Counted from the stretch's first letter, positions 24,401-39,128 are shown. The stretch: 63,900 nt of DNA from Setoptus koraiensis (GCA_048013815.1 CM106586.1:1984001-2047900), one strand, 5' to 3'. The notes: generated from the letters alone by a model not told the origin. A program made the numbers and translations.

Positions 24401-27400
24401 CGGGTTATGTTCGTCAAGTTGTCATGTTTTTCTTTTCTTTCTGTTACACACAACTACTATTATCGCTTTGATTTGGCGGCTGCTGTTCCTTCAGCATGTA
24501 TTATGCAACAGTAATATTCCATCGATAAATGTTATGGTAGAATTGGATAAGGTTTGCAGTGGAGAGAGCGTGAGCAGCACACATAATACAGACATGACGC
24601 CAATGTTCTCTTGTTTCAGTCAGATGAGAGAAGACGGAGAGAGATGTTTTTCTCGTCGTTCTTTAGTTCATATTTTTTCTTCATCATCATTATCTGTTCG
24701 TCATCAGTATCATGATGCAAATCATACAAGCAAGCTAGTTGCTATAGTTAGACCCATTCATGATTGACTAAGTAATGATGATCGGTCGCCATTCAGATAA
24801 TGTGTGTCCGTATGTGTTTGGTAGATATTGTTGCCACGGTAACAGACAGAAAAATAAAGATCTACGTTCGTAACCTCCCTGCCATCTAATGTGTCTGGGG
24901 AACAACTCCTTCAACTCGCTTCAGCTCTATTTATTCCCTATACATTGGCAGTTTTGCCAGGAACGTAACGTATTTTGACGAATTAAAACTAATCGATGTG
25001 GTCATAGTTGAGAGCGTTACATCTAGATGAGATCTCCATCATTTTGAATCATCATCGTTGACTTGATCAGCTCTCATTTAGTTTGAGTTTTAGCAGCAAC
25101 AGTTTTCTGTTGCTGTGAGAAACGAGTGAGCGATGTTATATTCACAAGTAAACTTTTATTTTCCACTGTAGCTACCCACTCTTTGGTAATCGATTGATGG
25201 TTGAGCCATGAAGCTTGGTGCTAATAATGTTCCATTGGTCAGTCGGTCAACTTATGATTGATGCCAAGAATTCATGGATAAAGGCGATGCTCGATGAATA
25301 TAAATGAGACTGAAAGAAAGAAGATTACTGTTGAAAAATAATTCTATTACTATTAAAACCACTAATATCACTACTACTACTACTACTACTACGAGAGGTA
25401 GAGAATAATTAGGAATGAATATATAAATGAAGGAGCCGGTTACATACAGGTGGAGTGCCTCAAACACACAAACACACACTCAATTGTCGACACGGTGACG
25501 ACACCGAGCCAAGTGATGCTGGCCGAATAATTTCGTGGCTGAATTAAATAAATTAGTTAAATTATCAATGTGCATTAGACAGCAGCAACGCAAAAGATTG
25601 AAATAAAATAAATGCATTCGTCGCCAATCAGCTTGACGCTTTATCAAGGCAAGTCGTTGTCAGTTGTCGGTTGTGCATGTAATTATGACAAGTCATGTCT
25701 AATAATGGGACAGGTCCGTTATAATTTTTATTTTTTTATGATTGCCGCTGATGGTGCATGGTAGGATTTTACTGGCATCAAAACATCAAGAAACGGTGTC
25801 TTGTTTAGGTATCAAACTTGACAATTTGGTCAGTCTAGTGGACACATGTTTACAACAAGTAACCTCAATAGTAGCCAAGCATTGGAAACTGGACGACGGA
25901 AACTCATACACAACTGATAGTTTAGTGGTCAGATAACTGACAACAACATGACAACATAGAGAGATTATTGTGTTTGGTAGTTTGTGTTAAAGCCTTGCGG
26001 CCATTGCACACACCAAAAGTAGCTCATGTGGCTAGAAAAAGTCTGGCTGGATATGGTGGTGACGATGAAGAGAGAACTAGATCATCATATTATGATTATA
26101 CTTTGCTTATGTAATGTTGTCTTGTTGATCGGCTCTGATGGTGTTGTCATTAGAAAAGCGTTCAGCTTCAATTTGCAAGTTGAGTAGGGTCGTCATTTGA
26201 GCGAAGCATTAATAGAGGCAAAATATGAAGTTAGCGCACCACGCTAATATACATAAATGTACAGTTATGGCAAATACAAACAACCACTATATGTATGCGT
26301 AGCGTATAAATATAGCCCGCACTAAGTTAACGGCACCTAGACAGTGGAAATTAGTGGCCAACTAAAACACGACGACAAATCAATTATCCTCATTGTGGTG
26401 CGCTAATGATTCAGGCATGGCTGGCACCTACACAAAAACAATTGCCAACCAACGAGGCTGCTCGATGGTAACTAAAGACAGACTAGAGACAGTCTAGAGA
26501 CAGAGGCAGAGAGACGGTCATAATTCTTGTAATTATCGTTGTTACAAGTGAGTGTTTAGTCTTAGAGAAAGGCGCCATGATTCATTTCATCCCTCACCAA
26601 CAATTATTTACTTGGACGAGTGCTTAGCTGGTCGAATGTTCTTAGCTGGCGAACATTGAGAATAGAACAAAACCAGTGAGTTACATCATTGTGAGACTGT
26701 GTGTAAATCTGGTCTCATCTTCCTCTCAAGCAACAAATTCACAAATACATATCAGCAAACAGAGTTATCAGAGAGAACAGCAATGGTAAGCAAAGTGAAT
26801 TTCCTATTTGGAAGAAGCAAATATAAATAATATTAGCTACCAAGGGCAGTTGTTAGACCAAAACTCTAACTCCTAGTGACGTTTTTGTTCTTACAGAAAT
26901 TCTTAGATTGTCTCTACTTAACTACGTTTGACCACTGGATGCGCATGGTGTTTGGTTAGCTGCTGCAAGTGATTTATTTACGTTTATCATTCAGACATAG
27001 TATCTCTGATTCATAGTGGCATTAAGTGCTCAATTAATTCAGTTTTTGCCCACCACTACGACCACAACTTGCACCACTTGCATCTGTACACCTGTTGTGT
27101 CTACCTGTTGTGGTTTGGTGTGTGACAGTAGCTGTTTGTAGTGATGTTATGTCACAACGGGCACATTTAAACACTTAGGTGCTATCGTGCTCAGCATGAG
27201 ATGCCAGAATATACAAACAAGGAAAACAAGCGTATGAAACGCAAACTTGATACTGATAAGAATATTCACACGAGATATCCAGTTACTTAAGCTGCTGCTT
27301 AAGCTCCTATTTTAGGACATACACGCATATACAGATATAGAGAACTATATAGAGAGGGAATTCTTTTCTTCGGTTTCACCCACTAACGACTAATTTATCT

Positions 27401-30375
27401 ACTCTCTGCTGGCTGTTGCGCCATGTTTTAAATTGAAGATGAAGTATCATCAAGGAAGAAGAAAAAGTAATGCTAAGATTAGTTGACCAGTCAAGTTACG
27501 GCAACAGCTTGGCTGCATATTGGAAAGTGGCTTCATTTGGCTGCTTGGCTAAACTGTGTGTCGACCAGTTTAACAATTTCCTAAATTCCAGCCTCAAGCC
27601 AGCAATGTTGATCGTGTTTGGCGCTGAACAGCAACTGCTGTTTGTGCTACTGCAAGACGACGGTAAATTGTTGTAAATTCTTCATCGATTGTGAATTGTT
27701 TATTCCCGGCAGCACTTATCGAAGAGTAATTAACGGTACCATCATGATGACTGCTACCGATGATGGCTTTATTTCTCGGTCAATCACAGGCTGGCCGCTA
27801 GACGACAAACAGTGATGCCAAAACACTGCTCTTACTGTTTGCCCCTTTTTCGGCTCGCTAATCTAATCCTCGATTGGATCTTTGATGCGCGATGATGATG
27901 ACCCATCAGCTATGTGTCTTATAAGAGTGTCTGTATATACATATGTATAAGTGGCTGGCAACTTGTTGATGTTATTATCAAAATGTTGCCGTTTATTATT
28001 CACTGACACTCACTGTATGTCGGTGACTACTAAATTAGTAGTACTAATGCGCCGACCGACCATCGCCGTTGTATCATGATAGTGATCGAGTCAGCGCATT
28101 AATGAACGCACAAAAAGAACGCGATGTTTCTAATTATTATTGGTGTATAGATACATTATACAAACGATGATGAGCTTCGAAATTGGAAATTCGTTACGAG
28201 CGCAACATAAGGTTGCTAGCCAAAGTTATCGATACTTTCTTTTGTCTTGGGGCCATTTTACCAATCTGTCTGTCTATCTGTGTGCATGTGTCTGTTGTTT
28301 CTATTTTCACGCCAGCCAATTTTCAGGCAGCTAATATCACTTTGGATGGGCCAATCATTGCCGCATCATCTACTGGCACAGCCATACTAGCTGACCAACC
28401 ATTAAATAGCTGCCACTAGCTTAATGGTTTAAATGCAAGCTAAGCAATTACAAAGTAGAGAGGGAGAGTGTATCCAATTGAGCCGTTATTTCTGTTGCTT
28501 ATTTTGGTTAGTAAAATGGGCAGTAACTTATTACAGCAAGCTGGCGATCAAATGGATGGTCAACTTGTTCTTTCTTGTAGCTTGTTGGATCGGAAAAAGT
28601 TGAGGAACTGTCGATAACAAGTCGCCGGTTTGCAATTATGCACACAACGCAGCCAGGGCAACTACTAACAACTATAATATTCAAAAACGTATATGTTGGC
28701 TACAGTATGCAGCCAGCGACGGACGATGATGAGCAGCCAACAATGCGAGTCACACAGAATAGATACATGTTATTGAGAGTAATCGATTAGAGTTTGCTCG
28801 TCTCATCCTTATCTCATTTTTATCAATGGTAAATCTCATGGCCCGAAACGAACTCGTTTGGCCGCCCGGTCAGCCCAATCGCTCAATGGCGATCATCGAG
28901 GCGGCTCAAATGGTGCGAGTTTTGTCCTGTTAGCCGTGAGCCCTTTTGCTATCAACAGGACAGGTGGTGGTTTCGAGTTTCCTGTCGAGACGACTCGATC
29001 TGGGCGAGCGTCGCTTATTGGTCGCACACGTTTGTGAGAGAGTGACCAATGGTTGGCTAGTGTGAATCGGACCACAACCAGATCATGTTTACCTAAACTA
29101 TTGCGTTATGTGTGTCTAGTGGAACAAGTGAAGTGAGTTATATATAACTCAGACGTCACACACAAGAAAAGACATAGACAGAGATATGAATTGGTGCGCT
29201 CTTTTTTGCTGCGAGGCCCGCTACAGTTAATCAGCACGCCGCGGCTACCACTGACTAGCAAACGGTTCAGGTTAGCTACTGCCAACTGTTGCTGTTGTTG
29301 TTGCTGTTACTGTTGCTGTTGCTGTTGTTGATGTTAGCAACTGTTCACGCATGATAGATACACAACAGGTGTATATGAGTGGCCACTTGTTGCTGGCAAA
29401 GGTAAAGAGGCCGTCGATGCTGTTGTATTGATGGGCATTTGTTGATGTGGATTTTTTTTTTAAAAGCTCAATGTTTAGTTTTAACATTAAAGTGGCAGCA
29501 AAGTCAGCAAGTGAAACAAAGTGGCTCATTGTTTGTTTTGGCTTTCAATTGGTTGTGTGAGCTTCATTGACGCCAGTTGCTCTTTTGCCCCGTGGTGGTC
29601 ACTATCAATATAATAATTTTTCTCTATATGTAATAATTTGCCCATTCAATAGACGCACTAGACCAACCTGTACAAGTTACAACATGAATGGCATAAGTTG
29701 AGCAGTGATGGATTCAGTCTCAATGCAATGATAATATCTTTGCTTGTCTCATCTATTCATTGAGTTGCTGCAGAGAATCTTTTCCAAAGATGGAGATTTC
29801 GAATTGCAATTGGCTCATCTCAAGTGCGCATTGCGTGCCAAAGACAGCGGCATCAATTGCAAGCTACTTCAATATGTTCAATATGTGATGAGATTATCAT
29901 GCACACTAGCAACATTACGACCACTGTGTGTGTGTCCATTACGTAATTTTTAAATATATTTATTTTATATATAAATATATATTTAAGTGAGTATGGTCAT
30001 ATGTGTGCGTGTGTGTGTGTGTCCGAGAAATCTGTGACTCACACACTGTGAGTGTGCGTGTGTCTTATAACTTGCAAGTTATAAGCTAAGTAAAAGGTAA
30101 TAAAAAGCTTTGAAGAAATACTTTGAGCATGATAATAGAGAAACAAACAATGCGCATAGGAGATACATTGATGATCATTTTACGACCTCCATTTATGCAG
30201 CGTCCGTCCACTGGGCACCTGGTTCAACAGCAGCATCGTACACTTGACGATAAGCACTTATCATCAAGTGAATGTATCTGCCGCAAAATTACGACATCCC
30301 AACAAAAATTGCATGATATTGCGAGGGATCAAGATCACACACACACACACACATGACCTGTGTTGTGTAATACAT

Positions 30376-30437
30376 GGTGTTATGTAATAGACGGTGTTAT
30401 GTAATAGACGGTGCTATGTAATAGACGGTGCTATGTA
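30376..30437. repeat. 17-bp minisatellite (GGTGYTATGTAATAGAC), 3.6 copies
   Basis: Units start at 30376, 30393, 30410 and 30427, with no spacers between them. Confidence 0.95.
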
Positions 30438-30825
30438 GGCACACACGGCCAACAAGACGAGTGGCTTGTCTCAAAGTGCGAGTCAAGGGCCCCCTCGACA
30501 AGGGACAAGGGCCAATGTTGTGGCTGTTGTCGTAGGTCGTCTATCTGAGTATCGGATCTCAATGCGCTCAATGCATTGACTAGATTGGCTCTGCTAGATC
30601 GGATTGACGACTGGCTAGCCCAAATCTTTCTATTGTGTGTGCCCAATTCTATTGAGCCCTGAATATTGAGTTGGGCTCAATATTCAACTGTGGCCATAGT
30701 GGCCAATGGATTAGCATGAGCTGCACAGTGTCAGCAGCGTGTATTGCGTAATGTGCAGTGACCAGTAGACGGACAAACGGGCGAAGAACAAAATTCAAAT
30801 TTCATGCAACAAGTGCGCAGTGTTT

Positions 30826-30827
<2 letters not shown>

Positions 30828-30856
<29 letters not shown>
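30828..30856. repeat. (CA)n microsatellite
   Basis: Read directly from the sequence. Confidence 0.95.
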
Positions 30857-30857
<1 letters not shown>

Positions 30858-32607
30858 TTGGTGAGTTGCAATTCGCAAGTGAGTTGCAGATAACGGTCAG
30901 TTTATAACGGACGGCGGCAGCAACTTTTCAGCTTGGCTTTGGTCACTGCGCACACAACATAACGGTATATCTGTGGGCAAGCAGCACACATTGTCGTTTG
31001 GCATATTTGGACAAGACAAAGATTGTTTCAGGATCACACCAGCAACAACTCTGCCTGGCAACGGGCTGCAGATGCACTAGGACAAGAGAAGAAAAAGTAT
31101 ACTAAATAGCACTGTTGTTGCCGTTGTTGTTGCCGTTGTTGCCGTTGTTGTTGCCGTTGTTGCCGTTGTTGTTGGTGTTGGTGTGTGCGAGCGTCCAATG
31201 TAATCAAATTGCAGACATGGTTGCGTTGGTTGGTAGTTGCGGCGACTGTTGCGCAACTTGCTCACTTTTCATCTGCATAAACAACATACAAACAAGAGGC
31301 AACATTACAGTGTAGAAACTGGTGGCCAACTTCATTTCAGTTTCATTCATTCATCAGCACACAACAACATCAATACACGACAACAACAACATCAGCAACA
31401 GCAACATCAGCAACATCAGCAACAACAACATCAGCAACAACAACAACCAAACGAATCAGTATAACCAATATCATGGTTGTGCAATAAAAGGCCGCCCCAT
31501 GCTATCGGCTGCAAACACACACACACACACACACACAACAGTTAGAGGCTGCAGTTGATCTTTGAATATTTGCAGTTGTAGTTGCCGCTACATCACATCA
31601 CATTACGTCATATCGCATGGCATGGCATGGCATGGCATGGGCTTAGGATAGCTGACAGGGGATAGCGTCGGATAAAATCGCATCGGATGGCATGTTATTG
31701 GCTAGTCGCATCATATCACATTGAATGGTGGTGGTCGTGGTCGGCCTACGTACACTAACAAACCAAACGTGTTTCGTGCCGTGTAGTGCAGTATTAAAAC
31801 ATTCATGTTATTTATGCGTTGCTTGTTGGCCATCACAACTATCCAATACTGCTCATATACATGTAGTGAACATTCTGCAAACCATGTTGTTCGTTAGCGA
31901 CGCTCTTTAACGTCATTACGCAATCAAAGCGCGCCATCCGTGCCAATGCAAACCAATCCAATTGAACCAATCCAATTCAACTCAATCCAATCAAATGCAA
32001 TCATCCAAACAAACGGCTATCATGCTCGTCACGCTCAACACAAGCCAGCCACAACTTGTAAATAAGCCGGCCGTCCAAGACATTAAGAGTTGTTGTTGGT
32101 GATGCCGCCGGTGGTAGCCGCTACTACTACTGCCACCACTGCCACCACTGGCACCACTGGCACCACTACTACTACCACTACTACTACCACCACTACTACT
32201 GATACTACACTAGCCACCTTTACTCACAAGCAGCAGCAGCAACAAAAACATTATGTAATATCTCTCGCAAACAGTGGCATCATATTAATCTCAACGAGTG
32301 CACACAAATTCAGCTAGCCGAGGCATAAACATTTTTGCGATAGTCGGTTCACCATAAACATTCACAGATAATCATCTATTTGCACTTGGCGTCACTTGCC
32401 AGTATCTGGCAGCAATTGGCGTGTATGGGTCGCCAAGCGTCGGCATCATTTAGCGAGCCAATACACAAAATCACAGTCATGATCTGCTAACAGTATGCAG
32501 TCTTGCTAAACTTAAACAGTCTTGTTAGATTAATGATTGAAGGCACACACACACACACACACGCACTCATGACCAATAAATAACAACAACAACAAGTGTC
32601 TGTCCAA

Positions 32608-33100
32608 ATGCCAAAAGAGAGCCTCTCGTTGGCGCCCGGTTCGCTGGGCTCCTCGGCCACGCCAACTTCATCGCCGGCCTCATCAACCAATGGCCTCAGC
32701 GAGCGCCCCTATTTCTCATCATGCCAAACTAGCAGCATAGATAGTTCATCAAATCGGGATTGTTACCATTTTACAATATTATCATCCAACTCGACAAGTT
32801 CGCAACAAATCGCGGCAGCCTTACATCAGCAACAACTGCACCAGCAACAACAACAACAACAACAGAGACCAGTGAATCATATTTATGATAATTTAAAGCT
32901 AACATCGGACAATGATCCCCGTCAGTTGTCTTCGTGTGAGCTTAGAAAGTGCTGTGAGAGATTGTTTCGTCCGCAACATGACAATAACCAACATGCAAAG
33001 ATAACACAGAAAACAACAAGTAAATCACTGGATAAAAGTTGCATCACTTATCAAGAATTATTATCTAGCCCGTATGTGGACAACAATAACACTAATCCTG

Positions 33101-33139
<39 letters not shown>

Positions 33140-36100
33140 TTGCTACCACTAATAATAAGAATAATGATAATAATAATAATGGCAAGACGTGTTTGCATAA
33201 AAATATTAATGATAGCTGTGATTGCCGCATGTGCTGTTATTTAACTAATGATAATTCATTGTGCCAGCACAACCATTTCGTAGTTGATGATGGTGGTAGG
33301 TCGTCATCATCATTTAGAGAAGTAACTGACCAATTATCAAACGGTCGTCATCATCAACAACTCCAACAAGGCCAGCTGATTTTGCTCGACAATACATGCA
33401 ACGAGCGTCATCGGCAAGACGATGATGATACCGCCAGCGAAGACACTGAACTCAAGTTTATCTGGAGCCGCAAATCAAATTGGGCTCATTTGAATTCAAA
33501 TTGCAGCAAGCACTCGAGCCAGCAAGATTCAATTAAAATCAACGAAGCTCAACGAATTGATTCGGGGGCCAATAAAGAAACGATCAATTCTAGTATTTGC
33601 AGCCATGAAACGGACGATCAAGAAAAAGAAGAACAAGACGACGACGACGGTGACGATGACGACGACGATCAATACGAGGATTTGGAAGTGACATCAATCA
33701 CAGAAAATAATAATCTTTATAAATATGATGACAGTGTTAGCAGCATTAGTCATGGCAGTGATTCGTCAATAATATCATTATCAGTATCGTCATCTTTATT
33801 ATCTCAAGTGATAAATTTAAGCCATCAACCGTTAAATGAATCTCTATTGGCCAGACGAAGGAGAAGAAGAATCAGACAGAAGCGATCAAATGATAGCAAT
33901 TATGCTATCACTGGTCTAACCATAATTGACGGTTGCGATGGCGCTAGTGGTCAAGACACAAACAACAGTCATCATTTAGGTGGCCAATCAAATTTGATAG
34001 AGTCTAGCAATTTATCGAGTCCGTCCATGTCGACGTGTGTTCATAATTGTCGACAATTGATACACGCAGAAACAACAACTAATAATTGTCTACGTGTCGG
34101 CCCAAATGATTGCAATAAATCATCGGATAAGTTACTATCTCATGCTCAACGATTATCATCTTATAATAAATTTTTCAACGAAAACAACACCATGCAAGAG
34201 ACAGTATTGCAGCAGCCACTGTATCCAGGCAGCATCACTGATCATAATAACAATAATAGTTATTCACACAACTATAATGGTTGTGAACTACAACAACAAC
34301 AAACACAATCGGAGAAGCTTCTTCAAGCCAGAGAAATATCCAACTGTATAAAGGCCAACCACTTACAGCCAATGGTAAAGAAACAGCCGAATCAGTTATG
34401 TAATAGCAACCATTATCATCATCATCAATCATCATTGTATGATAACGATTGGTCACCAATGAGCAACAACACAAGTAGTAGTGGCAAATATTTTGATCAA
34501 AATAACAACAACACTAGCAACAATGCAAGCAACATTAAAAATAATAGCAAACTAATTCAAATTAATCATCAATCAACAGTGATACTGCCGTTGATTATTA
34601 AACAAAAAAATCTAGATCGCTCAATTTCTACAAACGCTTCGTCTAGCGATGATCTTGATTATAATAATAGCCAATTGGTGGCAGACAACAATAATAAGAA
34701 TAATGTTAATCTGGCAAGTGATTCAACATCGTCCGAAACCAAGCAACAAAATAAACACATTGATAACACCAACGATAGCAACAATGGTCAACCCACTAGT
34801 CACAACAGCACCAACAGTAACACCAACGCAAACGCCAACGCCAACGAGCATATATTTCGGCTTGACCCTTGTTCGTTGCCCCTCAAAGACGACGCCTCAA
34901 TGGTTGAGGCCTATGCAAATGTTGTCGATGTTGTTGGAATGTCGTCTAGCGCCACAACGAGCGCCATAAATACACCTGTCGAAGCGCCACTGTGGAGCCG
35001 AACCAACAGATTTCAGCAGCAGCACCAGCACCAGCACCAGCAGCAACAACAACAACAACAACAACAACAACAGCAGTATAGAAATCGTAACATAAGTGGC
35101 GTTATGCAACAACAAGTGAGGCCAAGTCCTAGGCCGCGCAGTTCCATATCGCGCAACTCAAACAAGACTGGTCAAAATGATTCATTGGATGGTGCCAATA
35201 GAGCCGAGAGTGAGCCATACAAACTGCAAAAACCGGAGCTAAATGAATCCAGCCAAAATGAGCCTATTTATGATATTCCCGCCAGAGAGGAGACCAGTCC
35301 CGTTGATGGTGACGGGCAAACTATTCAGTATGCTAATATATTGTTGGACGATATTGTTGGCGCAAGCACGGTAAAACGGTCGACCTCCGACAAAGATCCT
35401 CTGCCACCCGACCAAAAGTATCCCTACGAATCGCCCAGTAGTAATAGTCACACAATACCGCGTCCAGTTGCCACACTAAAGTTACACGATGAAAGTAAAA
35501 TTGGGCAAAATCAACATTCTAGTCGTTTGACATTGAGCAACAATGATGATAATAAGACAAGCATGAAATCGTCTAGTGATAATTACAAATTAAAACTTGA
35601 TACTTGTGCTGATCACAGCAGAAAAACAAGGAAAAACAGAACACAAAATACTAATTACGCGAAATTACGTGATCGATTAGAGCCAGTGCAAAATGGACAA
35701 CGGTCAAGCAAAAGCCACAGGTGCCATTGTGATTTGTGTCAGTACAAGAAAAATCTAAAATTATATCTTAGGCAGCTGGATTTTAATCATGATCACAACA
35801 GTAAAAAAGAAACAGCAACCACTGACAATAGTGTGTCCCTTTATAGTAGATTAGCTATGGCGGGAAGTGATCATGACGAACGTGGCCAACATTATCACAA
35901 CCATCAACATCAACATCATCAACAACAACAGCAACAACAACATGGGCTCGTCGCAAAGCGACAAACCGACCAACAGCGTCGCCCGACTACCCGAGCGAAA
36001 CGTTCATTCTTTTCATCAAACAATAACAATCTGCGCTCTCCCTTATCCGGTGCTAAATTAGGCAATTCAGCAACAGCAAAACATAACAAGAAGAATTGTC

Positions 36101-38382
36101 GTATAATTGTTGATGGTGCAACAGTTGTTGATAGAGCTTATTATTACCATCATGATAATCATCATAAAGCTTCAACAAAAAGTGGCAACAATAATGGTCA
36201 AAAACTAATTAGAAACATTAAAAAGAATAACCGGAAGCGAGATTATACAACAACTAGCACCACTGTGACCAGTGTCAGTAGTAGTTGTGGTAGTAGTGTA
36301 TGTAACAGCTGTTGTTGTTATAGTGACGACGAGGGTGACACAAGTGATGTTGCCAATTGTCATTGTTGTAGCTGTTCTCTGACATCATTATCGGCGTCAT
36401 TGTCGTCAGTGTTATCTTCGCGTTCGTTCGAGTCTCGCCGGCATCATCGCAGACATAGACGTCACCGTCTTCAGCAACACCGACCAACTATAACAACAAC
36501 AAATGGAAGAAGCAGAAGAACTGATGAACAAAGAGCACAGTTATTACAACAAACAAGCACAAAAAATAATTACGTCATAAAAGATTCACAGAAATTTCAC
36601 AAAGGTTACATAGCATTGACAGGTGCTGTTAAGGCGCCATCGCCATTGTCAAAGAAAACCCTGTTGCTAATGAAGAAAAAGAGAAAATTAACTAATAGTA
36701 GTAATAATAATAGTGGTTATAATGGAGTTGGCGAGATTAACAAGTTACCAATAATGGATAGAATGCTGTTGTTGCGTCATGAGCATCATCGTGCGTCAAA
36801 TGTTAGTGAACACGCAATGAATGATGATCAACTAAAACCACTTATGATGACCACTGACATAAGTAGCAACGATAGTTTTAGTGAATATGACAACAACAAT
36901 TATCATCACCTAAAACACATTGCCACCGCTAATGCCACTGGCGCAACTAATGGCAAAATGGCGGCTAAATCAACAACTAATGGCCAACAGCCGGGAGCAA
37001 ATTATGTTTCTGACGACCAAGGTAATTTGGTTGTTGTTGTCGCGTCTAGTGTTGCAAACGAGAATGTAAAACGAAAAGCAACTTTAGTCAAGACAACCAC
37101 CACCACCACCACCACCGCTAACAAGTCTAAAACTAACAACACTAATGATTTACATCACGATCTACCGATAGAACGGGTCAACGATAGGTTGCGGCAACGC
37201 AACAATAATTATCTTAATTGTAGTAATAAAGTATTGTCTATTGTTAGTTCTGATGCATATGATGGTATTAGAAGAGCTAATCAGGGTAAAAGATGCAACG
37301 CAATAATAAATAAACTAAAACAAACATCTAAAGTGCCAACAATATTGCAAAGACACGACAACAATGACGAACAACAACAAGAGACAAACAGCATCATAAC
37401 AGATGATGATGATGATGATGATAACAATTATGATGAAGATATTTTAGTCAACACCAATAAAGATCTACATAATGACACAACAACCGATGGACATGATTCC
37501 ATGAGACCATTGAAAATTTATTCGCCAAAGAGTTTTTCCAATACCAATCAAAGACGTCATCATCTTTTGTTAGCATCATCACCAATGATTTTCGATCGAT
37601 CAACATCAATTCGGCAGCAACAACAAAATCAGATTAATAGATCGCATTCAAGACGACATAGAATAGGTCACAACAACATCGATAATGCAACAACAAAAAC
37701 ACATAGTGCGAACCGTTTGAGATTACGCAATCGACTAATTAGAGTAGGCGCCAATGGAAGTGTCTACTCAACAGGTGGAAGCATTGGTGCTCTGTCTAGA
37801 AATAAAAATCGAAGAGTAAGAAGACTGAAAAAAATGATGCTGATTAACGGCTCCTCACATCATAACGCCATTCAACAAAATGTATCAAATCATTGTAATA
37901 ATATGGCCACTAATAATGGAGCCAATCACGCAATTGCAAATCGCAAATATCATAAAAGAAAACTGTCCAGGAGACGACGTGATCTCGCAAGAAACATTCA
38001 CCTGCATGATTTGCATAATGATCAGCAAGTGTCACTGAAAGAACGTTTGCCAACAAACAATGCGATTGTCGAGACAACAGTCAACGGACAAACGACGGCA
38101 ACAAATGTTACAAACAACGTTAGATCAATTGGTAATATTAAATGTCGTTGCAGTCATTGTTGTTTGCTAGAGAAAATGATACAACTTGATAAAACGAATA
38201 GGTTGATAACAAAATTGACTAAACAACAACAACGCGCTTTGCAGTCGACCGGAAAATATGGCCGAAATGGTTTGTTGGACGATGAGCATCCATTTTTGAA
38301 ACAACCGACTAGTCAAATGAGAATAATCACACAAATGTTAGCCAATTGTTGTCCATCAGAGGCCAGACGAATATGCTGTTGA
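32608..38382 (+). CDS. Uncharacterised 1,924-aa low-complexity (N/Q/T/S/H/D-rich) protein, probably intrinsically disordered
   Basis: A 5.8-kb stop-free frame with first ATG at 32608 and an in-frame TAA upstream at 32581. No recognisable folded domain. The C-terminus is ...MLANCCPSEARRICC. Confidence 0.8.
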
Positions 38383-38428
38383 AGAAAGTAGAGAAAATAG
38401 AAAATAAAGAATGGCTCCTTTTGTGTCA

Positions 38429-38469
<41 letters not shown>

Positions 38470-39128
38470 GCAAACACTTTCTCCCTGTTATCGTTACAAA
38501 TTTTCCTGATTCTCTCATTCACGGTTCATAACTGTGTTACTGTGTATGATACTCAATAAAAAATTGACAAAAGGCCAATAGTCCATCTATAAACTTGTTT
38601 TCGGACCGACAAACATCCAACTGTGCTCGTACTACATATGTATTAAACTTTTGTTTGTGATTATGGCAACGTCTATAGAGTTTGCTTCCTTATGAAATTG
38701 TCGAGGACGCGACTAAATGGTATGGAGATACACTGACATCTGACAAATTACTTCGTTCTCAGTGGCTTGCTATTAACTTTTTCGTTTCATCACTTGGGGT
38801 AATTCAACTTGGATCAGAGCGAAACAATGTAAAGAGTGCCGGATTCCGGTCAAGCAGTCAAGGTAAGGATCACCTGGTGACCGAAATTGCAACTAAAGAT
38901 GAAACATCTGTTCAGCTCACAATTCTAATCATCCTGTTGTTATGAAAAAAAAAAAAACATGCCGATAACATTCATATACTTCTCTATCGAATTCAATATT
39001 GTTCAGATTGGAACTCATTTACTTGCATCTTTCACGTTAGTCAGTTGTAATTATCAAGTGCCGATGCCTTCTGTCTGATCAAAGGACACATCAAACGATA
39101 AATCAAAACAAAAACCAGTAGTAAAAAG

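Noticed and set aside
30376-30437. Short direct repeats resembling a CRISPR array
   Set aside because: The units are contiguous with no spacers, the context is eukaryotic, and there are no cas genes.
24297-32317. ORF-track entries in the long non-coding tract (e.g. 24297..24767, 31077..31558, 32090..32317)
   Set aside because: They are driven by simple repeats or have non-ATG starts, and show no domains or splice-consistent partners.
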